A DNA stretch of 62,917 bases, the filler included, from Octopus bimaculoides (taxonomy: Eukaryota), in assembly GCF_001194135.2 (NCBI RefSeq). It is 5 parts of 5 records of this genome, joined end to end, with 100 filler letters (N's around TTAATTAATTAA, not from the genome) between each part and the next. Parts side by side here need not be neighbours in the genome. Positions count along the whole stretch, not along the records: positions 1 to 27,900 come from NC_068998.1; positions 28,001 to 40,686 come from NC_068988.1; 3 more parts are not named here. One strand, given 5' to 3'. A program made the translations under genes and the position numbers. Shown here piece after piece: positions 26,680 to 40,030 of the stretch. Below the pieces are notes generated by a model. The model was not told the DNA's origin and ran no database searches. It worked only from the letters and a program-made list of their open reading frames with translations. The stretch's first letter is position 1; every line of letters starts with the position of its first letter.

Positions 26680-27139
26680 CTGTGTGTGTATGAGTATAGA
26701 ACCGACTTTATCTGTCTAAAACATTTTAAACCTAATATTTACACGCACTTATTTATAGTTTTTTTTATCTACTTGGCGAGCCACTGTTGCAACAAAGAAC
26801 ATGCTATCTCGATGTTGATGAAAAATTCATATGACGCCAACTATATATATATATATTCATATTTATATATATACATATAAAAGCGTGTATAACATGGAAA
26901 GAGTGATGGTTGAAGAATAAGCAGCATGAAGATGATATGATGTCTGATGTGAAGACTTAAAATATATCACAGATAGGCGTTAACCAGGCCACGAAATAAC
27001 CATGGGTGGTCAGTATTGTTTATGAAATAGGTGGTGCACAAAAAAACGACGTTCTGCGGTAGATTGAATATAAATACATTATACACGCAAACAAATGTTC
27101 GAGCATGTGTGTGAGAGAGAGGGAGTGTGTTGTATATAT

Positions 27140-27198
27140 ATGTATATCTATCTATCTACCTACCTACCTACCTACCTATCTATCTATCTATCTATCTT

Positions 27199-27254
<56 letters not shown>

Positions 27255-27305
27255 CCTACCTACCTATCTATCTATCTATCTATCTATCTATCTGTCTATC
27301 TATCT
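27140..27305. repeat. (TATC)n/(TACC)n tetranucleotide repeat
   Basis: Compound tetramer runs; the source of the LSIY-type ORFs. Confidence 0.95.
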
Positions 27306-28060
27306 AAACAATGCATGAATTGACGTAAGAAAAAATGTTGAAACAAATATAATTACACGGTGGTGCATCAGTATGGCCGCAGCTCTGAGCTGAAACTTTG
27401 AAATGAAAAAGAACGTATGTATATTGCATTAACAATATCTGATTATTGCTTGCAGAATGCAAATTTTCATGTTTGCTGCTCTAATGAAACACAAGCAAAG
27501 GGTGTTATAAGAAGACCATACAAGTAACCTGTTCTGGAAAGCAATTAAATTCGTACCCGACGAGAAGGGAGAAAATAAATCAATATACAGCTGCATGTCT
27601 TCAAGAAACTTCACTTTGAGTTTAAATGCTGGATATTTGTCAAAAGATTGAGGTCTCTAGCAACTTCTCCCTCTCCGAACATACATGCGCATGTGTTTAT
27701 AAACAGGTAAATATATGCATTAATAATGCATATATACATATCTATATAAATATTGGTTTCACATTTTGGTACCAGGCCAGTACTTTTGTGGTAGAAGTAA
27801 GTTCGTTGCATAGACCTCAGTGCTCAACTGGTACTTTTTGTTATCGTCCGTAAAGGATAGATATGTAAGTCGATCTCAGCGGAATATGAGCTCAAATATA
27901 NNNNNNNNNNNNNNNNNNNNNNNNNNNNNNNNNNNNNNNNNNNNTTAATTAATTAANNNNNNNNNNNNNNNNNNNNNNNNNNNNNNNNNNNNNNNNNNNN
28001 GTAATAATAATAATAATGATAATGATGATAATAATAATAATAATAATAATAATGATGGTG

Positions 28061-28126
<66 letters not shown>

Positions 28127-28710
28127 TTCCGCTATAGTGAACCCATCCTGAGATAGACGCACGTGGAAATTGACAGACTGATAATTTAAGAAGATAGAAT
28201 CTTGAGAAGGTAGATGTCATGGAAAGGAAGAAATCTGCGGAGAGTTTGCAAGAGACATGTGAATCAAGACAGATGCAGGAGTCTACTTATTTTGGATAAT
28301 TAGGAATGTATTGAAGATGGGAACAAAATATTTATACGTAAGACAGAGAACAAGCATTGCAGACAAAGTAAGTGAAGTGCAGAATTGAAAAAGTAAATGA
28401 GAGCGACAAATACAGAGTGTTTAGTGTGGAAATTCTCAATTGGCAGACTTGTGGGAATGCTGGCTATGAAAGATGAAATACATTGTATAACCAAATCCCA
28501 GAAGGAGTTGCTGAGATTGTGGATTGAAAAATCCTGTGTGAGCATCAGATTAAAAATTGGAAACGTAATATTGTTGTAGTGAAAAGAAAAGGAACGAAAA
28601 TGCCTGATAATTGACATAGCATATTTTGGTCACAACAGGTTTGAAGAGAGAGAAGATAAAGGGGCGACAATGAACAATTAGAGTGGAAAATATAAAGGGT
28701 TTAAATACCG

Positions 28711-28954
28711 AAAGTGGACGTGATACCAATGCAGATTGGTGCATATGGCATTATCAATATCCAACTACCGACATGGATCAAAAAGTCTGGAACGAGTGTA
28801 AAGATAGAACACTTACAATAATCATCATTGCTTGGAAGTGCTACAGACCTCCATAGGTCTCTTAAATTATGATCAATAAATAAGTGTCGGCTTAGTCTGG
28901 TGACTGTCACAATTTCCACCATAACCAGCATAATAAAGCTGAGATTTTGCATGT

Positions 28955-28990
<36 letters not shown>
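28711..28990 (+). mobile_element. 3' end of a restriction-like-endonuclease non-LTR retrotransposon (R4/HERO/NeSL-like)
   Basis: KVDVIPMQIGAYGIINIQLPTWIKKSGTSVKIEHLQ*SSLLGSATDLHRSLKL* matches the VIPxxIGALG...LQKxxLLGTAxILR C-terminus; 3' UTR ends in (AAT)n. Confidence 0.75.
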
Positions 28991-28992
<2 letters not shown>

Positions 28993-29015
28993 TAATAATA
29001 ATAAAAATAATAATA

Positions 29016-29052
<37 letters not shown>

Positions 29053-30374
29053 TACTATGAATATTNNNNNNNNNNNNNNNNNNNNNNNNNNNNNNNNNNN
29101 NNNNNNNNNNNNNNNNNNNNNNNNNNNNNNNNNNNNNNNNNNNNNNNNNNNNNNNNNNNNNNNNNNNNNNNNNNNNNNNNNNNNNNNNNNNNNNNNNNNN
29201 NNNNNNNNNNNNNNNNNNNNNNNNNNNNNNNNNNNNNNNNNNNNNNNNNNNNNNNNNNNNNNNNNNNNNNNNNNNNNNNNNNNNNNNNNNNNNNNNNNNN
29301 NNNNNNNNNNNNNNNNNNNNNNNNNNNNNNNNNNNNNNNNNNNNNNNNNNNNNNNNNNNNNNNNNNNNNNNNNNNNNNNNNNNNNNNNNNNNNNNNNNNN
29401 NNNNNNNNNNNNNNNNNNNNNNNNNNNNNNNNNNNNNNNNNNNNNNNNNNNNNNNNNNNNNNNNNNNNNNNNNNNNNNNNNNNNNNNNNNNNNNNNNNNN
29501 NNNNNNNNNNNNNNNNNNNNNNNNNNNNNNNNNNNNNNNNNNNNNNNNNNNNNNNNNNNNNNNNNNNNNNNNNNNNNNNNNNNNNNNNNNNNNNNNNNNN
29601 NNNNNNNNNNNNNNNNNNNNNNNNNNNNNNNNNNNNNNNNNNNNNNNNNNNNNNNNNNNNNNNNNNNNNNNNNNNNNNNNNNNNNNNNNNNNNNNNNNNN
29701 NNNNNNNNNNNNNNNNNNNNNNNNNNNNNNNNNNNNNNNNNNNNNNNNNNNNNNNNNNNNNNNNNNNNNNNNNNNNNNNNNNNNNNNNNNNNNNNNNNNN
29801 NNNNNNNNNNNNNNNNNNNNNNNNNNNNNNNNNNNNNNNNNNNNATATATATATATATATATATAAGTGGCAGTGTATATGTGAGTGTGTCTCGCCCTGT
29901 CTTCTTTCACGGTTGATATCTATCTCTATCATTTTTATCAATCTATTTACAACCATACACTCACACATTCAGACGCTCACGCACGTTGACATACACATGA
30001 TCTGCGCGCGCAGACACGTACACACATATACACACACACATATAACTTTTTTATCAATATTGAGGGCTTTTTTTTTCTGCCAGTAACACCCATGTTAATA
30101 AATTCGAAATGTAATATAGTGTAAATAACTTGAAGTCATTCATTTACTTCACATAATCCGATATGTATAATACCAGTTTGACTTATAAAAACTGTATTTT
30201 ATTTATCTTCTATCAGACGAAAGATGTGATTGTGATCTTCACTGACTTTTAGGTCCGTATAATTGGTGAAACAAATACCCGAACCAAATTTTGAAACGAT
30301 CAATTTCGCTTACACCTCTGTTGAGGACGATACTGGTGTCCCAGCATTTGAATGTTAAACATTCCTATTGTAAT

Positions 30375-30967
30375 ATTACTTTGTATATCAAAGCGGCGAG
30401 CTGGCCGAAACGTTAGCACGTTGAGCGAAATGCTTAGCGGAATTTCGTCTGTCTTTATGCTCTGAGTTCAAATTCCGCCGAGGTCGACTTTGCTTTTCAT
30501 CTTTCGTGGTGGATAAATTAAGTACCAGTTACGTACTGGTTCGATCTTATCGGCTAGTTCCCTCCCCACAAAATTTCGGACCTTGTGCCTGAGTACAAAA
30601 GAACATTACTTTGTATATGAGTTCAAAGTTCGCCAAGTACCAGTTGTATACTGTTGTCGATCAAATCAACTGGTCCCCTACCGCAAAATTTCGGGCCTTC
30701 TGATTAGAATAGAAACGAATATTAGTTTGTATATAAAGGCGGCGAGCTGGCAGAAACGCTAGCACGCCGGGCGAAATATTTAGCTGTATTCCGTCTGTCT
30801 TAGCGGTATTTCGTTCTTAGTTCAAATTCTGCCGATGTCGACTTTACTTTTCATCCTTTCGCGGTCGATAAATTAAGTACCAGTAGCGTACTGGGATCGA
30901 TCTAATCGACTGCTCCAAAAATTTCGGACGTTGTGTCTGGAGTAGAAAAGAATACTACTTTGTATTT
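30375..30967 (+). mobile_element. Tandem array of three family A SINEs (full, 5'-truncated, full) separated by a repeated 14-bp motif
   Basis: Units about 30391-30604, 30619-30720 and 30737-30953; ATTACTTTGTATAT-like motif at 30375, 30605, 30721 and 30954. Confidence 0.9.
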
Positions 30968-32917
30968 GAGATTTCTTGTCCTTTGTCCCTGAGATATGAG
31001 TATTTTCTGACCGCACACTACTTAGAACGCTATAGCAATAATGATAAAATTTTGACTGCTGCAGAATATAGAATAGTGGTTCTGATACATAGAGTGTATT
31101 CTGATTCGAGATTTATTTAATCGTACTCCACTGTCTTAGATACTAAATAAAACATTTTTTGTTTAAACGTATCTTTATCCAACATTTTATTTCTTCATTT
31201 GTTTTCTTCCGCTTATCTGAACCTTTGCAAATCTCGTCGCTATTTTGAGACTCATTTGAATGTAAAAATTATATGTAATAAATACATGGTCAATTTATAT
31301 AATAAATGCATAGCCAAAGTTATCATCAATGATATTTGAGTTCAGAACATTGAGAACTGGAAGAAATGTATGTGCGTATATACGTGTGCGTATGTCCCTT
31401 CCACCTTTTAACAACCCCAGTTGATTTGTTTCACTCCCTGCAACATAGCGGTTGAAGAAATGAAGCAACGTTGGAAAATATGTAGTTGGAGAGATTTGTT
31501 CGACTAAACCATTACAGGCGTTGCCCCAGCGTGACCGCTGTTCGATGACCGAATGAAGTAATAGATATAAGGTGATAAAGTGAACTCACTGCATTATTGC
31601 TCTGTACTAGTTCGATAGTAAGTCAAAAACATAATAGTGATTTCTTTTTCTTTTTTTTTTAATTATAAATTTAGAGTTGTAATCCTAATCTGAAAACGTT
31701 GACCATCGCTTAATAAAACTGTTTTATGCATTGTAAAATTTTCAATAATTCCAGATTGATCAATTCAATTCCGCAGCTAACAGCACTATTTTACAGAACT
31801 TTCAAACTCTCAGCTACAGAGTCGTTTATGACATCTTTATTAAAAGTCGAATATTTGAACGGCAAGAACTCATCGTCGTTCAAATATACATTCTGAATAT
31901 TTTGAACTTTTTAAAATCATTTACGCTACTTCCGGCCCAATGACACGAAATGTAAAATTATTGAATCTAATTTCATGTTCCACCTATTATAAATTTTCTA
32001 GTCTCCATTTCAATTAGATTTTTCTGTCACTTCATTCTTATTTGTCATGTAACCAATGCATTATAATGAATTATTAAAGCTAGCGGTGACAACCGTACTA
32101 GATATAATTATTTTAGAATCAGAGTCCATGCGTCGATGTTTCTTTCCAGAAGTATATTCTACAATATGAAGAAATCCTATTAAACCTACTGTGCATCCAT
32201 GTGTTGCACATGTTTCTTTGGAAGGAAGATATTTTTTTTTGTTGCAAGCGAACACATAACGTTTGAGTGACACGGTTACTAACCTGACCTTCCGTTAGAG
32301 ATTGGGCTGGTGTCGTTTATTCTGAAATCTTTGTTGTATCCCTTTATCTTGTCGGTTACAATCTATCCCTTCAATCTCACTCTTCATATGTTCTAATAAT
32401 GGCCACCTAATAACCCTTGTTTCCCATTCACTAAAACCTACCATTATGAACATCAGTCGAATCTGTTATATGTTGTTAGATCTACATACGTACATATTCC
32501 ATCTCTCCACTCTCGCTTGTGCCTCCAATTTTGCTGCAGTAATTACACTTTGAAATCCAACAGGTATATGTTTTGATACGATGCACACTGGACTCGAATG
32601 CCACCCTCGATTACTGCATGTATCTTGTTAAATTCGTGATTGCTTTCTTATTTCCGGAACTAAATTTTAATTTCAATATTTTTTTTTTTTTGCGATAATA
32701 AAAAGCGTCAGAATATATTTTTCTTGTTTGTAAACAGAGATGTAAACTGCAGACGATATAACCGCAAAATCATGATGAAACTTTTGGCAATTATATGTAA
32801 GCAGCTATGTTTATGAAATTAACTTTGGTATTATTGAGATATATTTTTCTTCTTCGGAAAATCAGTGAAGAAATTCTATTAAAGCGGCTAGGCTTACGAA
32901 CATTAACCTTGCTATAG

Positions 32918-32948
<31 letters not shown>

Positions 32949-33885
32949 GATAGATAGATGTATATATATATATATATACATATACATGTATATANNNNNN
33001 NNNNNNNNNNNNNNNNNNNNNNNNNNNNNNNNNNNNNNNNNNNNNNNNNNNNNNNNNNNNNNNNNNNNNNNNNNNNNNNNNNNNNNNNNNNNNNNNNNNN
33101 NNNNNNNNNNNNNNNNNNNNNNNNNNNNNNNNNNNNNNNNNNNNNNNNNNNNNNNNNNNNNNNNNNNNNNNNNNNNNNNNNNNNNNNNNNNNNNNNNNNN
33201 NNNNNNNNNNNNNNNNNNNNNNNNNNNNNNNNNNNNNNNNNNNNNNNNNNNNNNNNNNNNNNNNNNNNNNNNNNNNNNNNNNNNNNNNNNNNNNNNNNNN
33301 NNNNNNNNNNNNNNNNNNNNNNNNNNNNNNNNNNNNNNNNNNNNNNNNNNNNNNNNNNNNNNNNNNNNNNNNNNNNNNNNNNNNNNNNNNNNNNNNNNNN
33401 NNNNNNNNNNNNNNNNNNNNNNNNNNNNNNNNNNNNNNNNNNNNNNNNNNNNNNNNNNNNNNNNNNNNNNNNNNNNNNNNNNNNNNNNNNNNNNNNNNNN
33501 NNNNNNNNNNNNNNNNNNNNNNNNNNNNNNNNNNNNNNNNNNNNNNNNNNNNNNNNNNNNNNNNNNNNNNNNNNNNNNNNNNNNNNNNNNNNNNNNNNNN
33601 NNNNNNNNNNNNNNNNNNNNNNNNNNNNNNNNNNNNNNNNNNNNNNNNNNNNNNNNNNNNNNNNNNNNNNNNNNNNNNNNNNNNNNNNNNNNNNNNNNNN
33701 NNNNNNNNNNNNNNNNNNNNNNNNNNNNNNNNNNNNNNNNNNNNNNNNNNNNNNNNNNNNNNNNNNNNNNNNNNNNNNNNNNNNNNNNNNNNNNNNNNNN
33801 NNNNNNNNNNNNNNNNNNNNNNNNNNNNNNNNNNNNNNNNATATATATATATATATATATATATATACAAACATATTTATATATG

Positions 33886-33924
<39 letters not shown>

Positions 33925-35117
33925 TTATACAGTTTCCCTTTATTATTTTCTAAGTGAAGCTAAGACGAAACAAAAAGGAGTTTTACTTTCTTTCTTTGAA
34001 GAAGCAGATCATAGCTAATTAGTTAGATTCTGCATTGAATTCGTCTTCAGAAAATTTCAGAATATAAATTTTTATTGTAATGAGTATGTCCCTTTAGGAT
34101 GACATTAATTGTAGATATCACTTGTGAAACATCGGAATTTAATTTCGAATATAAAGCAAGTTTATTTCGAAAGAAGAAAGTTAAATTTTAACGCACTGCT
34201 TATTAGTATCACCGTTCTGAGCGTTCCTTATGTTTGTTTGTTTTTTCTAACTAGAATACTTTTTCAATGACTGAATGCATCTAATGATACATATGTAATT
34301 GCACGTTTCATTCAACATAAAGCCAATGATGTTAAAATTCTTCAAATATTACCGCAATGCCGAGCAAAAATGAATGTTAGGAAAACGTCTATAACGATAT
34401 TAAGTAGAGGAAAGTAAGCAAAACTAATCACAAATCAAAACGTTTCCATTTGAAACAAAAGGCTTCACACAAGCACACACATGATTAAACTGACGCGCAC
34501 ACCCAAGCACATAAATAAAACGAAGAATACAAAAACAACAATAAAAGTAACAATAGATGTGTAATGCGTGATATGTAATGGTAAAGCGAACTTTTAAATT
34601 GCATACAATTAATACGCTTATATCTTCAACATCATTGCAGGTATTTTAACGAAGTGACAGCAAGGAATTAATTTATCATTATTTTTACGTAGCTGATCTA
34701 ATTTAAACCTGTTATAATGCCAATGTGTTCTCGCAATGATTAATTGGAATAAAAAGAAACAAAAGTGTAAGAAACAGAAAAAATTAATAAAAGATTTATA
34801 AATACAATTGGAAAGTAAATTTGACAGAGTTGCTAACTAGAAAGATTTCATGTTTTACTCATAAGGAAATTAATTTTATTACAGTGCGATGTGTTAAGTT
34901 CAATTAGATATTCTGAACTGCTTATGCTGACTATACCATTTGCTCAAACAAAAGTACATCTTATATAAAAATAAGTCGCATTTACAATGGAATTTCAGTA
35001 GCTGAATCAATACGTACAAGAACCACTTGTACATACATACAGAGTAGCAACAAAAAAAGAAAATGGGGTTCTCTACTAATATAAATATAATCAAACTAAA
35101 CATACATTTGTTCCCGG

Positions 35118-35154
<37 letters not shown>

Positions 35155-35918
35155 NNNNNNNNNNNNNNNNNNNNNNNNNNNNNNNNNNNNNNNNNNNNNN
35201 NNNNNNNNNNNNNNNNNNNNNNNNNNNNNNNNNNNNNNNNNNNNNNNNNNNNNNNNNNNNNNNNNNNNNNNNNNNNNNNNNNNNNNNNNNNNNNNNNNNN
35301 NNNNNNNNNNNNNNNNNNNNNNNNNNNNNNNNNNNNNNNNNNNNNNNNNNNNNNNNNNNNNNNNNNNNNNNNNNNNNNNNNNNNNNNNNNNNNNNNNNNN
35401 NNNNNNNNNNNNNNNNNNNNNNNNNNNNNNNNNNNNNNNNNNNNNNNNNNNNNNNNNNNNNNNNNNNNNNNNNNNNNNNNNNNNNNNTATATACGTGGTT
35501 CATCATCAGGATCTTTTTCCGAAAGAGAAAAATACATACCCATAATACCAAAGTTAATATATGTATATGTGTGTGTGTGCGTGTTTGTGTATGCGTATGT
35601 GCGTGTAAGCCTGTTCTGTTTTGTATAACAGCTAAGACCCACACAAGAAATTAACTACTATATTAATAAAGTGGAGAGGCTCATGAATATGAACGCCTTT
35701 CATTAACGAGATACTCCATCGGGACTAGAAACCGTTACCCTCCACTCGACTACAACTCACAACCAGTACCGTTAACTCCTCTACTGTCCACACTTTTCGT
35801 CAAACCATCACCGGCTACCATCCTTGTCACTGCGATAACAATATCATCATCATCATCATCATCATCATCATATTTATCATCAAGAACATCGAGTCAACGA
35901 AGGGTTTTTTTTATGTAG

Positions 35919-35981
35919 CCGCGAAATTCTGTAGATATGGCCATAGTGTTTGTCTCAATAGACACCAAAATATTATTGCAG
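35919..35981 (+). CDS. Weak candidate exon (PRNSVDMAIVFVSIDTKILLQ)
   Basis: T-tract plus TAG acceptor, 63-nt open phase 0-0 frame, CAG|GTGAGC donor; no recognisable homology. Confidence 0.2.
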
Positions 35982-37510
35982 GTGAGCGGCCAAATACATA
36001 TTGAATCTAAAACAATATTAATCTCTGTCTACAATGAAGAAGAATATTCATCTTTGAAATACCGTTTATCAAAATACCCTGTTCAATGGACAATATATTA
36101 CGAAAACGGAGAACAGATTCTGAAATTTTATCCGAATTAGATTTGTGAAAACTCATCTTAATAATTTTCCACGAATGTCTACGAGAATGTTAGGCAAAAT
36201 TTGTATGCAGCTAGCGTCGTCGAGAGAACATAATCTTTCCTCACTTCCGATGAAAAGTGTGCAACACTTTGAAAAACTGGCCATTTTCTAACATTCAAAA
36301 TAAGTTAGACGGGATGCTTAGTGCGCTAATGCCCTTGAGCCTATTGGAACTTTTCGAATCACTGCCGCAAACCTGAAACTCTGCCAATGGTGAGATCCAT
36401 TTCATTATTCCAAAATTGAAAAAAAGTTGTTAAATCACTTTAATGGGCGCTACTTTCTACTTAAAGTACAGGGGTAACTTCAAAACTGAGATATTTTTCA
36501 ATGTTATTTACTATATTCTAATATTCTGGTTACAAGGATAGTAAAGTACAGGATTTGATCTCAGTGCATGGCATTTGACGCGAATATAATCTGGTATTGC
36601 CTCTAGTCAAGCCATAGACTAACAATGGATTTGGATCGGTGGAAATTCCGAAGAAGGTCATACGAATATAATACATTCTTTCTAGTTTTTCTTTTGTTTT
36701 TTCTTTATACACGCCTCCAAACTTTCACCACAGACATACACATACTCATGCATGCGAGAGTCACTTCCAATAGTAAATAATTACCAGTTACCATACAGTG
36801 ATATTATCATTACAAATATCCAAACACCTACGTTCAATTTTTGAAATTTTCTATAATTGAAATAATTAGATAAAAATTTATAAAATCAATCGTGTTCATA
36901 TTTGGCTGGAATCTTTGAAGCAAATTATCACGATACACTTTGTATTTTTAGAGGAATTTTCCACAAGTTTGGCGCCATTCCAGCAGTGATAATACTTCTT
37001 GGTATTTCAGTCAAAATTAAAAGAGATAGGAATGTTTTGTAAACGTCTATTCAAAACAGAAAAAAATTACGTATTTTCTCCATCAACCACCTAGATTGCT
37101 GCCAAATTTACGTTAGATTGGCAATTGGTGAAGTAAAATGAAATATATATATATATATATATATATGTAGATAGTTTCCTTTCTTTTTCTTTACATTGAA
37201 GATATGTAAGGATTACTCTGAAAAACTCTTAAGAACGAAAAAATACCTCGTAATCAGGATCGCATGGAAAATACTAATATCGTCTTTATAAAACTGAATC
37301 AAGCTCGGAATGTTTGGCAGATCTCCAATCTTTTGGCATAAGAACAACTAACTTCAATTTTGCAGCATGACGGAATACAACTATACTCCATGTCGGGTTG
37401 CTGCTTATGTTGTTTCTATTTCCAATATAATGCTCTTTCTACATGACGATCCATTTATATAATATTACAAAAAGTGTGCTAGACAGTGCGTATATTTAAC
37501 ATCAACTCAC

Positions 37511-37671
37511 CATTGCATGAAATACAGACAATTAGTGTTGAAATTTTTGTGATAATAATTCTGCAGTTTTCTATATACTGGCACTAATATAGACACCCCA
37601 TGCAACATGCATTTGTAATTTTCCAGTTCGATGGCAGTTGGGAGGTGATTTACTCCGGAAATATAAAATGG
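37511..37671 (-). CDS. Weak candidate minus-strand exon
   Basis: CCCTTTCAG acceptor, open frame PFYISGVNHLPTAIELENYKCMLHGVSILVPVYRKLQNYYHKNFNTNCLYFMQ, ATG|GTGAGT donor. Confidence 0.2.
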
Positions 37672-38019
37672 CTGAAAGGGTGACATATTAAATGAAGCGA
37701 AAGAGCATAAGACATCACGAATATCACATTTGGTGCACTGAAGAGCGGCCGTGAGATATATCGTGGAGTTAGTACTTACAAGATATGTCTTTTATATTTG
37801 ATCATATATAAACTGCTTCATAAATTTATCAAAAGCATAAATAAATAGAAGGGAATATATCCAGCCATTCATTCTCTATGAAAGCAAAGTAATCAATCTA
37901 GGGCCTATGAAGAGTCAACTTTAAAAGTAAACAGCTAGTTATACCCAAAGAGTGGAAGATAATGTATTATTAGTTTAATAATTAGTTACTAGAATTCTCG
38001 AGTTTAAAGGAGAAATATT

Positions 38020-38200
38020 CTTTTCTACTCTAGGTACAAGGGGAAGGAGCCAGTCGATTAGATTGACCCCACTACGCAACTGGTACTTAATTTATCGGTT
38101 CCCGAAAAGATTAAAGGCAAAGACGACCTCGGTGTAATTTGAATTCAGAAGTAAAGACCGCTAAGCATTTCGCCTGGCGTGCTAACATTTCTGCCAGCTC
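38020..38200 (-). mobile_element. SINE family A
   Basis: Reverse complement matches the GAGCTGGCAGAAATGTTAGCACGCC...GAATTCAAATTACACCGAGGTCG...TAAATTAAGTACCAGTTGCG consensus. Confidence 0.85.
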
Positions 38201-39392
38201 ACGGGTTTAATTCAAAATGAAGAAATATTAATGAAGAAATAATGTTTTGGTCACAAATTAGCGCAGATAATGTCTAACTTAATAGCACCGCGTCACAGGA
38301 TCTGTTAAGTCATTTCAAATCCAAGTCCTGTGGAATCATGTCCCATTTAATAAGCAGTAGATGTTGACTGAGATATATCCAGGTATATATTTGTTATCCC
38401 TTGAAGAAATTGGTCCAAGTTTCTTTTAAAATTAATGCAATCTTTTTATTCTTTGATTTACTTGGGACAATGTTAAACAAAGGATTCTGTTGCGGAAAAG
38501 AAACTATGAAACAGTGAAATTATTGCTTGAATTGTGTATTCAAAGTTTGGTCGTGCAAAGGAGGAGAAAAGAAGGATGACGCAAAGTTCTGAAGATCCAG
38601 GAGCTCATCCTGAGAGCAATGTCTACTTAACTGTAGATGTGAGCACTCCAGACTAGAGGGCGTGGCTGACTGGTTAGGATGTGGTACGGCGGAAACTATG
38701 ATTGCAGAACCATGTTGTCGTTAGAGAGAAACGTTTTCTTTTTCCAATTGAAATGCTATGGATATAGATGGAGTGGTTTGATAATATTAGCTCCAGGATA
38801 GTTTCGTCTAGTTTTGTTGGCTTAAGCACAAGTTAGATTACGAAGGATCCATCACTTAAATTCAATATTAATTCAGCTGCTGGTATTTCTAGATCAGTTC
38901 ACCTAAGGAAGGTCACACCCGGTCATCGTTAATACGTTCCCGGAGTTGTTCTTTTGGAGAAAGAACTTGATTTTCTTGAAATACTCTTTACATCACTGTT
39001 GAGACACTCTTCAAAGCACTAGTGGAGACCCGTAGAGACCGACACTAGCTATGTCATTAAATCTGTTGAATAGGGACATGGATAAACAGTAGCCATTGGA
39101 GAATATGTATTTGGCATCTGTGGCACAGGTAACATGAAGGAAAATGTTTGCCAGTAGTAATCTATTCATTCAGTCCCGCCTTCCACTATTAATAATGTTT
39201 GCACCTCGTTCCTTGCGATTTGTCTGTTTTGTTATCTCAGTACATTTTGATATTTCGTCAACACCACTAGTGCTAAATCTACAACAAAAACAACAACAAC
39301 AACTACTACTACTACTACTACTACTACTAAGCAAGCTACTTAATAATATTCATAGTAAAATGATAATAATAATAATAATAATAAAAATAATG

Positions 39393-39440
<48 letters not shown>

Positions 39441-39444
<4 letters not shown>

Positions 39445-39873
39445 AAATAATAATACTATTATCATTGCTTTTGCACAGCTTCTAACGCTGGAGATGTGCT
39501 ACAGTGTCAGCTCTTCACTACCAGTGAACTAAAGTAACATCTCTTATTTTTCGAGATCAGAGATGCACATATCGTCTGCCACCAAGGGATATGCTCAACT
39601 GGTTAAGGTCAAACAACTGACAAGCAAATCTGTGGTATTAAGCAGAATATTTGCTGTAGCCCATCTTTTATACCAAAACAAAACAATGTACATGATAACA
39701 CTTCCAATCAATTAAGATCAGAAGCCATGAGAGCCACTGCCTTGTACTGCATCCGGGCAAATGAAAATAATAATAATATTATCATTGCTTTTGCACAGCT
39801 TCTAATGCTGGAGATGTGCTACAGTGTCGGCTGTTCACTACCAGTGAACAAAAGTAACATCTTATTTTTCGAG
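39441..39873. repeat. About 113-bp direct duplication flanking a 205-bp inserted segment
   Basis: 39441-39555 is nearly identical to 39761-39873 (ATGAAAATAATAAT...GCTGGAGATGTGCTACAGTGTC...TTATTTTTCGAG). Confidence 0.9.
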
Positions 39874-39959
39874 CACCTTCCGGAGTATTCGAACGGTTCC
39901 AAGCGGTGCTGTTTTCTGCAAGTGCTTGCATATGATCATCATCATCATCATCATCATCA

Positions 39960-40030
<71 letters not shown>

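Noticed and set aside
27945-27956. TTAATTAATTAA embedded in N runs (also 40731-40742, 58277-58288, 61547-61558)
   Set aside because: An identical 12-mer flanked on both sides by Ns four times indicates an assembly or scaffolding linker, not biology
35495-35520. Second hammerhead candidate on the minus strand (GATC-CTGATGA-T-GAACC…)
   Set aside because: Runs into (TA)n and an N gap; the GAAA half cannot be seen
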